Of a stretch of DNA of 61,289 nt, positions 44,380 through 52,340 are shown piece by piece (position 1 is the stretch's first letter; the number at the start of each line of letters is the position of its first letter). Source of the DNA: a virus; IMG/VR virus record IMGVR_UViG_3300037297_000065, positions 1-61,289 of that record. One strand, 5' to 3'. The notes beneath the pieces are model-generated. The model saw only the letters and a program-made list of their open reading frames with translations. It searched no databases and was not told where the DNA came from. The translations under genes and the position numbers were made by a program.

Positions 44380-45162
44380 ATGCTGAGTATTTTCACGACC
44401 TGTAGACCATTTAACGACGAATCAGACGACGGGCGATATATTGCCGCCATTCAGCGGTATTGCCTACGCACACTCAAAGAAACCGGGCAAGAAGTTTTTT
44501 TGGTTTATGACGACGGCGGTGCATCCGAAGTCGCCGCCGAATTCAACTTCAAAACCCTCAAGCGCGTGCGCCGCCACGCCAGTGGTGCGCCGTCGCTGCG
44601 TTATGCGTTCAAGGCGGCAATTAAAGCGGCAACGCACGATGTTATCATGTACACGAATGCGGACATCATGTTTTTAGATGATTTGCTCCCCGCCGTCGAA
44701 GCACTTCAGTCACGTGGTTTTGAAAAATGGATGGCGACAGGTGGACGCTGGGATGTCAGTCCGTTGGGACTAAAACCGTGGCCGGTGGGCGAGACTGGCT
44801 GGCAGCGGATATTGCGCGACGAAATGCACCGTCAGAACCGCTTTCACGGCGGCGGCGCGCTCGATTATTTCATTTTCTCGCGTGGACTGTATGAAGACAT
44901 TCCGGCGTCGCTCGCTATCGGGGCGTGGAAATGGGACAACTGGATGATATGGCAAGCGCTGCAAAAGAATGCAGAGGTTATCGATACGAGTGCCGCAATT
45001 ACGGCTGTGCATCTTGACCATCCAAAAAAAGGCGCGAGAGAAAGCAGTGAAGCGGTCGCCGCCAACCATGCCGAATGTCAGGGTAAGGTCTGCACTACAA
45101 GCAACAGTCAATGGCGACTGACGAAAGAATTTGAATTTGTAAAACGCGACGAAACAGCATGA
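44380..45162 (+). CDS. Possible GT-A-fold glycosyltransferase
   Basis: 260 aa; IFTTCRPF..VFLVYDDGG..YTNADIMF (DxD-like); weak. Confidence 0.4.
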   Translation: MLSIFTTCRPFNDESDDGRYIAAIQRYCLRTLKETGQEVFLVYDDGGASEVAAEFNFKTLKRVRRHASGAPSLRYAFKAAIKAATHDVIMYTNADIMFLDDLLPAVEALQSRGFEKWMATGGRWDVSPLGLKPWPVGETGWQRILRDEMHRQNRFHGGGALDYFIFSRGLYEDIPASLAIGAWKWDNWMIWQALQKNAEVIDTSAAITAVHLDHPKKGARESSEAVAANHAECQGKVCTTSNSQWRLTKEFEFVKRDETA

Positions 45163-45199
45163 CAAAACGACGATCCTGGCGACGCGAGTTGGCGAAACG

Positions 45200-45436
45200 A
45201 TGGAAGCGATTTATTTGGAGGCCAAAGAAACGATGAATTCAACGACTGAGTGCGGGGTTGCATATATTCAATCAATCGACCTTTCTCCCGCTATCATTGA
45301 TATGTTTCTTGCCGACTACTGCGCGGAGAAAATCGGCATTGAAAAACAAATCATAGGATTAGAAACCCGTTACCGCGCACTATGCAAAATCATCAAGCGA
45401 CTCGAAGATGCGCGCAATACCACGGAGAATCAATGA
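45200..45436 (+). CDS. Hypothetical protein
   Basis: 78-aa ORF; stop overlaps next ATG. Confidence 0.35.
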   Translation: MEAIYLEAKETMNSTTECGVAYIQSIDLSPAIIDMFLADYCAEKIGIEKQIIGLETRYRALCKIIKRLEDARNTTENQ

Positions 45437-46212
45437 AACGCAAAGTGTTTGCTTCGGTATTTGCGACGATCATTCTTCTTGAGTGTTTATTGCGCGTGTT
45501 CGATCCCTACGGATACACTGCTTTACAGGCATCTCACTTCATTGTAAACGCCGGGTACATCACGCATCCAACACGCGGCTATGCGCTCGCTGACCGCTGT
45601 TACAAAAATTCACAGTGGGGGTATTGCGTCGAAAACGGCGCGCGCGTTGTGCCAGACACGAATTTAAACGCGCGTAAAACGCTTGTACTGGTGGGCGATA
45701 GCGTGTTGTTCGGTTGGGGTGTAAATAATGCGGATACTGCCGCCAACCTCATTGCTAAAGCGCTTCCCGATTGGCGCGTGATAAACGCCGCCGTGCCGGG
45801 ATATTCATCCGAGAATATCTATGCGACATTCGAGCAATACCGCGAAGTCGCCGACCTGACTGTATATCTCGTAACGCCAAACGATATTGAGGTAAGTTTT
45901 CCCCGCGACGTTTTTGAATACGCGCCTCGGTCAGGCGATATAATGACACTCGAATATTTGAGGATGATTTACGCATACGCGCAGCCGATTGAACATGCAC
46001 CGGTGCGCTATTTGAACGATCTATACAGGTTACATCAGGCGGGCGTGATTTTGGTCGGGTTCGAGGATAATCCAACGTTGCCCCACTATGCCTATAAAAT
46101 CTCACGGTACAGCGAGACGCTGTCGATGTTCGACGGACACCCATCGATAGAGGGGCAACGCGAGATCGCCGCGCAGATGATAGGGATTGTGCAGGCACTA
46201 ATTGCAACTTGA
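45433..46212 (+). CDS. Signal-anchored SGNH/GDSL hydrolase (glycan esterase/acyltransferase candidate)
   Basis: N-terminal TM; block I LVGDSVLFGWG, block III TPND, block V DGHPS. Confidence 0.6.
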   Translation: MKRKVFASVFATIILLECLLRVFDPYGYTALQASHFIVNAGYITHPTRGYALADRCYKNSQWGYCVENGARVVPDTNLNARKTLVLVGDSVLFGWGVNNADTAANLIAKALPDWRVINAAVPGYSSENIYATFEQYREVADLTVYLVTPNDIEVSFPRDVFEYAPRSGDIMTLEYLRMIYAYAQPIEHAPVRYLNDLYRLHQAGVILVGFEDNPTLPHYAYKISRYSETLSMFDGHPSIEGQREIAAQMIGIVQALIAT

Positions 46213-46255
46213 CACAAAATTACCGTTGATATAAACTGTTAGAAACAACCTTAAG

Positions 46256-46309
46256 CGCCACCGCTCAAAGAGAGCGCCGCGCTACGCCACCGCTCAAAGA
46301 GAGCGCCGC
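46256..46309 (+). repeat. 25-nt direct repeat x2 (period 29)
   Basis: CGCCACCGCTCAAAGAGAGCGCCGC at 46256-46280 and 46285-46309; each holds hairpin CGCTC-AAAGA-GAGCG. Confidence 0.85.
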
Positions 46310-46330
46310 AAAACATAGAACGCCGCGAAA

Positions 46331-46364
46331 GCCACCGTTCATTAATTTGAACGGCGGCTTTTTT
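46331..46364 (+). terminator. Rho-independent terminator after first glycan block
   Basis: GCCACCGTTCA-TTAATT-TGAACGGCGGC then T6. Confidence 0.7.
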
Positions 46365-46379
46365 ATTTGGGGTTACCCG

Positions 46380-47318
46380 ATGCCCTATATGATCGTAGAC
46401 AGGCCAAACAAATATTGTGTGTATAAACGTGGCGCGAATGGTAGGCCAGTTGGGTCTGCGCTGGGGTGTCATGTCACACGCACGGGCGCTGTCTTGCAAA
46501 TCGCAGCAATTGAATCTTCGGAACGCAAAGCGGTTGACCCTGACGAATTGGATGAAGTCTTTGCCAAATACCACGATATCGTGAATATGTCAGCGTCGGA
46601 GCTGGAGCGGTGGGCAGAAACAGAATATAGCGGTTTGGCGAGTTTGAGCGACGCACCCATCAAACGCAACTTACGCCTACTGCGCACTCCGAAATCGGAA
46701 TGGATCGCGCGTGACATCACCGACGCCAACCGTACCATTGCATTTGTGTCTCGGATGCGTAATGCGGAACAGGGTAAACCGGTACGCGCGGATGTACCGT
46801 ACAGCAAGCGGGATATCAGTCTCATGAATTGGGCATATAACCCGCGTAAAGGTACACCCGTTGCGATGGAGTTGACGATTTTTAAACAGGCCGGCGGCTT
46901 GCGCCGCATGTTTTTGGTAACTTCAAATTCTTACGAAGATCGTGAATGTGAAACCATTACGACAAAGGCGCTGAGCGAATACGTTGAAAGTCAATGGGAG
47001 GGCGATGCATGGAAGGGGAATAATTTTTTATTGTTCGGGCATCGCGGCGCGCCCATCGGCGCTATCACGTTCGCCGAAATGATCGGCTCTTTTTTAGTAG
47101 AGGTCGCCGCAGAACTCGATACACCCTATGCGCGCAAGCGTTGGGATTATATCGAAGCGCATCCAGATATGGAATGGGGCGCATCTCACGGCTTTGATTT
47201 TGACCAAAATAAAAAAACGATTGATGGGGTTTACCATCATATTGAAAAATTTGAAACGACGGTTTTACCGCTAGTGCGCGCCGCCAACGCGCTGACATTA
47301 GCAGGAGTAATAGCATGA
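46380..47318 (+). CDS. Prohead protease with N-terminal DUF3140-like domain
   Basis: N-part VNMSASELERW..ISLMNWAYNP resembles DUF3140; C-part upstream of scaffold and MCP; start after terminator. Confidence 0.55.
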   Translation: MPYMIVDRPNKYCVYKRGANGRPVGSALGCHVTRTGAVLQIAAIESSERKAVDPDELDEVFAKYHDIVNMSASELERWAETEYSGLASLSDAPIKRNLRLLRTPKSEWIARDITDANRTIAFVSRMRNAEQGKPVRADVPYSKRDISLMNWAYNPRKGTPVAMELTIFKQAGGLRRMFLVTSNSYEDRECETITTKALSEYVESQWEGDAWKGNNFLLFGHRGAPIGAITFAEMIGSFLVEVAAELDTPYARKRWDYIEAHPDMEWGASHGFDFDQNKKTIDGVYHHIEKFETTVLPLVRAANALTLAGVIA

Positions 47319-48010
47319 GAATTGGACGGTTTGAAATTCTGAAGCGACAAATGAAGCTCGACGACGAAGCCGCAGAAAAGCTTAAAGAATCCTTTGAGAC
47401 TATCGCGGCGATTCTGGATAGCAACGGCATCGCGCATAAGCAACTCAAAATGGAAATTGACGAAGAAAAGGTTGCCGGTGTTATCGCCGAGGCCATCAAC
47501 GGAGCGATGGGCGAAGCAACGCCCGAAAACGTGGTGGACATTGCGCGCGGCATTGCCGCGCAACTTGCAGAAATGTTTATGTCGGCGGAAGTCGATGTGA
47601 CGGAAGAAGAGCAGATGGCAATGAGCGAAACGCCGGTGAGCGAGGATGATATGAAGGCGCTCGCTGAATTCCGCGAAAAGCAGTATCAGCAACAAGAGAA
47701 GCTTCATGTGTTGCTTGATCGCTTGATTGGCGAAACAGTTGATGACGCCGAAACGATCGAGATTTTGAGTGATAGCTACAAAGCTATCAAAGAAGAGCTT
47801 GGCGTGGTGAGCAACTTGGCGAGTGCGGTAAAAGCGCTCGCGGATGACATCAAAGGCGTTAAGCGACAACTCGCAATGCGTCCGCGCGCATCCATATCAG
47901 CCGATACACTGGCGCGCCCTGATGAGGTCTCAGAAGAGGTTAAAAAAGAAATGGAAAACACCGATAAGGTCTTTGACGAATACCTGGGCCTTTGGCTGAA
48001 AAAGGAATAA
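47315..48010 (+). CDS. Scaffolding protein
   Basis: 231 aa, acidic, helical heptad-like; between protease and MCP. Confidence 0.6.
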   Translation: MRIGRFEILKRQMKLDDEAAEKLKESFETIAAILDSNGIAHKQLKMEIDEEKVAGVIAEAINGAMGEATPENVVDIARGIAAQLAEMFMSAEVDVTEEEQMAMSETPVSEDDMKALAEFREKQYQQQEKLHVLLDRLIGETVDDAETIEILSDSYKAIKEELGVVSNLASAVKALADDIKGVKRQLAMRPRASISADTLARPDEVSEEVKKEMENTDKVFDEYLGLWLKKE

Positions 48011-48014
48011 TTCA

Positions 48015-49454
48015 ATGGAAGAAAAAGCTTTCACCACAGAACAAATTAAAGAGCTTGCGGCGATTTTCAACGAAGTGCGAAAGAACACGCCGGCAAGTAC
48101 CACGCTTCCGGCGGGTGGCCAACTGCATGGACCGCTAACCGACAGTTCGGGTAACTGGTCGGTTTTGTCGGGCCTGGGCGTGCGTCCTGAAATGTGGTCG
48201 GCGATGACTCGCCCGCGTTCGTTGGTGCGCGCCCTGCAAGCACCGATGCGTAGTTTCAACTATAATGAACTGCTCGAAATTCAGACCGGCGTAACTCCCG
48301 GCAGTGGCACAAACGCAACCGGCTTTTGCGCCGATCCGCCCGACGTGACCGGCGATATGAAAGTCTGCCGGCAGAATATCGTCTTCGGCGACTATTACGG
48401 CAAGACCAAATTGAATTCCATTCCGCAGGTTGGGCAGGTGCGCAACTACGCAGATGTAACGCGCCAGATCATCAACGCGGGGCCGGGCGAAAATCCACTT
48501 ATCCCCGATTTTATGTACCGCCTTGACGATACGCAATCGGTGCTGCAATACAACCTATGGCTTTTTGGTCAAAGTGTTGAATTGACACTGGAGCGCGTCC
48601 TTATCCAGGGTAACAGCACATTAACCAGCGTCAACACGCAACTTGGGTTTATTTCTGAGTTTGACGGTCTTGACCGTCTTATCAAAACGGGGTATACCGA
48701 TGCCGTGACCAGCAAGGCGTGCTCGGCGGTTGATAGTTACGTGTTGGAGTTTGAGGCCGCGTTGGGAAATACCATTCCCGGCGACGCTGAGAGTCGATAC
48801 ATCCAAGACGCGCTGAATGATATGATCTATGCGCTCAACACACGCGCCGAAGACAACATGGTCAATGACTTCGTGTTGGCGGTTGTGATGCGCAAAGAAC
48901 TGTTCCGCCGTATTACCGATTACATCGCGTGCAACTATGCGAGTTCGCGATGTAGCGTCAACGGCACGAACACGCGCCTGAACATCGAGGGAAGCGATTT
49001 CATCCGGCTTCGTGACGGAATGCGAACCGGAAAATACATCCTGGTGGATGGTGTTGAATACCCGGTCATTTTCTCAACCGGCATCGATCTGGAAGGCACG
49101 GCGCAGGATACATTCCGCACGGATATCTATTTCGTGCCCATCAGTGGCAAGGGGCGTCCGCTCACATATCTTGAATACTTCCCGATGGACAACCCCTACG
49201 CAACGGAGGCGTCGAACTTCCCGGTCGAGGGACGACGCGCCGCGTACAATAACGGGCTGTGGATGGCCGGCGTTGAAGAAACCGCCATGTGCAACGAATA
49301 TCATTTCGCATCTCGAATGCGCTTGATTTTGACGCCGTTCCTGGCGGGCAAAATCACCGACATCACCTTCACCTACGATACCGACATGACACGCGATCCG
49401 TACAGTGGCGAGTCGATGTACGCGGATGGTGGCGTAAGCTACCGCACAAGCTAA
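48015..49454 (+). CDS. Major capsid protein
   Basis: 479 aa after scaffold; followed by strong terminator. Confidence 0.75.
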   Translation: MEEKAFTTEQIKELAAIFNEVRKNTPASTTLPAGGQLHGPLTDSSGNWSVLSGLGVRPEMWSAMTRPRSLVRALQAPMRSFNYNELLEIQTGVTPGSGTNATGFCADPPDVTGDMKVCRQNIVFGDYYGKTKLNSIPQVGQVRNYADVTRQIINAGPGENPLIPDFMYRLDDTQSVLQYNLWLFGQSVELTLERVLIQGNSTLTSVNTQLGFISEFDGLDRLIKTGYTDAVTSKACSAVDSYVLEFEAALGNTIPGDAESRYIQDALNDMIYALNTRAEDNMVNDFVLAVVMRKELFRRITDYIACNYASSRCSVNGTNTRLNIEGSDFIRLRDGMRTGKYILVDGVEYPVIFSTGIDLEGTAQDTFRTDIYFVPISGKGRPLTYLEYFPMDNPYATEASNFPVEGRRAAYNNGLWMAGVEETAMCNEYHFASRMRLILTPFLAGKITDITFTYDTDMTRDPYSGESMYADGGVSYRTS

Positions 49455-49463
49455 CGACCTTAA

Positions 49464-49532
49464 ACGAGGTGGGCTGTCCTGCTAGCGGACAAGTGGCGTG
49501 ACGGCCTCTCTCGCCCGCTCACCTCGTTTTTT
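49464..49532 (+). terminator. Long compound hairpin plus T6 after MCP
   Basis: ACGAGGTG...CACCTCGT closing helix, inner TGTCC/GGACA hairpin, then TTTTTT. Confidence 0.6.
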
Positions 49533-49540
49533 GAGAGACT

Positions 49541-49572
49541 TATGAGGCTATGAGGCTATGAGGCTATGAATG
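49541..49572 (+). repeat. Tandem 8-mer TATGAGGC x3.5 forming chained mini-ORFs
   Basis: Units at 49541, 49549, 49557 and partial at 49565; ATG AGG CTA TGA x3 overlapping by ATGA, ending on GT2 ATG 49566. Confidence 0.9.
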
Positions 49573-50672
49573 AAGTTTCAGTCGTAATCCCGGTTGGGCC
49601 GTCACACCTGAGCATCGTCGAACGCGCTCACGCCAGCGCAAAAAAACAAACCGTTCCTGTGGACGTGTTTGTCATCGTAGACAATGAAAAAAAAGGCCCG
49701 GCATGGGCGCGCAACCGGGGATTAGAAAAAGTACAAACGAGGTGGGTGATCTTTCTAGACGCCGATGACGAACTTGAGCCAAGGTTTGCTGAAGAGTGCC
49801 TACAGGCTGGCGCGTGGCCGAATCGATATGTCTATACTGATTGGTTTGAAGGCGAAACGCAGCACTGCCCACCGGATCATTGTTGGACTGGTGAAGCTTT
49901 TGAGCCGGGGGGCGGCTGGAAACGCGAAGGCGATAAAAAAGTTTGGCACGGCGGCGGCGCGTGGCATGTGGTTACAACGCTGCTCCCGGCGCACTGGGTA
50001 CGACACATTGACGGCTTCGATGAAGCCTACCGGCACGGCTCAGAGGACACGGCGTTTTATTGGAAACTGCAAGCGCTTGGGTGTTGCGGCTTACATCTTC
50101 CAAAACCTTTATTTCGATACCACAGCAACCCGAACTCTCGGTCATTGCGATGGATACAACACCCCGATTTTAAAGAGGCATCACGAACGATACAAGAGCG
50201 CTATGGAGGCCAAAAACTAATGGGATGCTGTAATAAGCCAGGGTCAACGGTCAAAACGCCGATGGGCGCAAAACAACCCGGTGACGTGTTGGTGCAGGTA
50301 CTTTGGAAAAATAAAACAAACTGGGAAGGTCCGATAACACAGCGGCTTTACCCGCGCACAAAATGGCCGCGTATGATTTGGGTAGACCCGGCAGATGCAC
50401 ACGCCGCGCCGAATCGAGTACGCAAAGTCGAAACACCCGCCCCGCCGCCGCTACCGGAGACACCAGCGTGGGAAGAAGCGTCGATAGAAGAAACAAAGCC
50501 AATTACGACGCTAACAGCGCTGGGCCACGCGATGGGTATAGGTGAGCGAAACAATCGCTATCGCCCGCAGATTGCGCTACCGGAAGCGTTGAACAATGAA
50601 ACCTTTATTCGGGTAGGGCAAAAACGCATTGACGATTTTTGGGAAGATCGATGGGGTATTGAAGATGATTGA
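49566..50672 (+). CDS. Family 2 glycosyltransferase with C-terminal extension
   Basis: VSVVIPVGPSH, FLDADDEL (DxD). Confidence 0.75.
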   Translation: MNEVSVVIPVGPSHLSIVERAHASAKKQTVPVDVFVIVDNEKKGPAWARNRGLEKVQTRWVIFLDADDELEPRFAEECLQAGAWPNRYVYTDWFEGETQHCPPDHCWTGEAFEPGGGWKREGDKKVWHGGGAWHVVTTLLPAHWVRHIDGFDEAYRHGSEDTAFYWKLQALGCCGLHLPKPLFRYHSNPNSRSLRWIQHPDFKEASRTIQERYGGQKLMGCCNKPGSTVKTPMGAKQPGDVLVQVLWKNKTNWEGPITQRLYPRTKWPRMIWVDPADAHAAPNRVRKVETPAPPPLPETPAWEEASIEETKPITTLTALGHAMGIGERNNRYRPQIALPEALNNETFIRVGQKRIDDFWEDRWGIEDD

Positions 50673-51444
50673 ACCGATCTTTGCCCGAACACACCACCAC
50701 TATGATAGTTATACGGATTATTGGCGGCTTGTTGAACTTGCCGATTATCCGATTTGCGCTGTGGGCGAGCTTGACCCGGATAGTGACAACACCTATATCA
50801 TCACACCGGTAAACGGCGAATGGTCGAATGGCTGGGAAAATCCGAAAGCTAAAATCGTTGCGTGGCTACTCGAATGGTACGACGAATGTCCGCAAATTTC
50901 CGGCGTGTCCGAATACTGGACTTCCGACCGCTGGTACGCGCAGCAACTTGGCGTGCGCTATGTGCCATTTGGTTCACACCCAAAATTAGTTGAGGCGACC
51001 TATACGCCGGCGCGCGCAAAGTGGGACGTCGCGTTACTCGCTTACCTTGCGCCGCAGCGCCGCAGCGCTATCATCACACAGCTTAAAGAACTTGGGTTGT
51101 CGGTTGCGCCTAACGGCTGGGGAGACACACGAAACGATGTTCTTGCGCATTCAAGAATGATGCTGCACATTCACCAACATACGCGCTTCCCGTGTGTACC
51201 CGTACAACGTTTCGCGCTTGCGGCCTGTGCCGGATTACCGCTTCTGAGTGAACGAATGCACGATGCATACCCAATGCAAGACGCCGATTTTGAAAGCGCA
51301 GCGTATAGCGCGCTAGCGCAACGCGCGAAAGGCCTACTTAACAACGCGGCGTTTCGCAGTACGGCGGCGGCACTTAGCAAGCGCTTGTGTTTTGAGTTTA
51401 ATTTTGGTGCAAATGTCAAGCGCGCGTTGGAGGGTAAGATATGA
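50665..51444 (+). CDS. CgeB/Glyco_trans_1_2-like glycosyltransferase module
   Basis: QRFALAACAGLPLLSE core; ATGATTGA overlap with GT2. Confidence 0.45.
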   Translation: MIEPIFARTHHHYDSYTDYWRLVELADYPICAVGELDPDSDNTYIITPVNGEWSNGWENPKAKIVAWLLEWYDECPQISGVSEYWTSDRWYAQQLGVRYVPFGSHPKLVEATYTPARAKWDVALLAYLAPQRRSAIITQLKELGLSVAPNGWGDTRNDVLAHSRMMLHIHQHTRFPCVPVQRFALAACAGLPLLSERMHDAYPMQDADFESAAYSALAQRAKGLLNNAAFRSTAAALSKRLCFEFNFGANVKRALEGKI

Positions 51445-52340
51445 ATATCTTAATGGCCTTCCATCACTTTCCAGTGAGTACCGGGCGATATGTTGCCGAT
51501 GGATTACGCCGACAAGGGCACGACGTGCGCACGATTGGTAAGCCGCGTGGCGTCGATACGGGCTGGGGTGATAGACGCTGTGATCCGCGCTATGTTCATC
51601 GATGCGCTGGTGATTATGATATGTATTGGCGCGACTGGCGGCCTGATTTTATTCTTGTAACCGATCCCTACACGGATAAGGCGTGGCGACACAAGCATTA
51701 TTCGGATGTACCACACTATTGCTATAACACGTGCAACAATGTCACCAATTTAGTACATCCAAGTTATGACCATTATTTCGTCGCGCACTATCATGCAAAA
51801 GCAATGCCGTATCGAGAAGACGGTGGGTATACCTGGGTGCCGAATGCTTATGATCCTGTCTGGCATACGCCGTCAAAAATTCCATTTGAACACCGCGCCT
51901 ACGACGTGGCTTTTTGCGGTTCGCTACACACTGACCGGCGTATGGTTATGGATGCGTGCAAAAGCGCCGGACTGAGCATCAAAATCGCGCACGGGCCGAT
52001 TTACCAGGAGTACACCGAAATTTACAATAACGCACGTTTCGCCGTCGTCACTTCAACGCACGGACACAGCGGCGCGAGTTACCGATTTTTCGAGAATGCT
52101 ATGCAGGGATGTATCGTGTTGTCGGGACCGTGTGAAGATCGGACATTATTCGATCCCCAACCGCAGGGATATTTGTGGTTCGAGACGCCGCAGCACGCGG
52201 CTCAGTTGGCAATGTATTACAAGCAAAATTCAGAAGAGGCTAAAAAGTTAATTCGTCAGTCGCAAGCTTGGGCAGCGCCGCATACTTGGGACGCGCGCGG
52301 ACAGATGATTGTGAACTGGCACAAGAGGCAAAAGCAATGA
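51441..52340 (+). CDS. CgeB/Glyco_trans_1_2-like glycosyltransferase
   Basis: YRFFENAMQGCIVLSGP core; ATGA overlaps. Confidence 0.5.
   Translation: MNILMAFHHFPVSTGRYVADGLRRQGHDVRTIGKPRGVDTGWGDRRCDPRYVHRCAGDYDMYWRDWRPDFILVTDPYTDKAWRHKHYSDVPHYCYNTCNNVTNLVHPSYDHYFVAHYHAKAMPYREDGGYTWVPNAYDPVWHTPSKIPFEHRAYDVAFCGSLHTDRRMVMDACKSAGLSIKIAHGPIYQEYTEIYNNARFAVVTSTHGHSGASYRFFENAMQGCIVLSGPCEDRTLFDPQPQGYLWFETPQHAAQLAMYYKQNSEEAKKLIRQSQAWAAPHTWDARGQMIVNWHKRQKQ

Noticed and set aside
46251-46574. 107-aa minus-strand ORF
   Set aside because: It spans the 25-nt direct repeats, the terminator and the protease start, on the strand opposite to all neighbouring genes.
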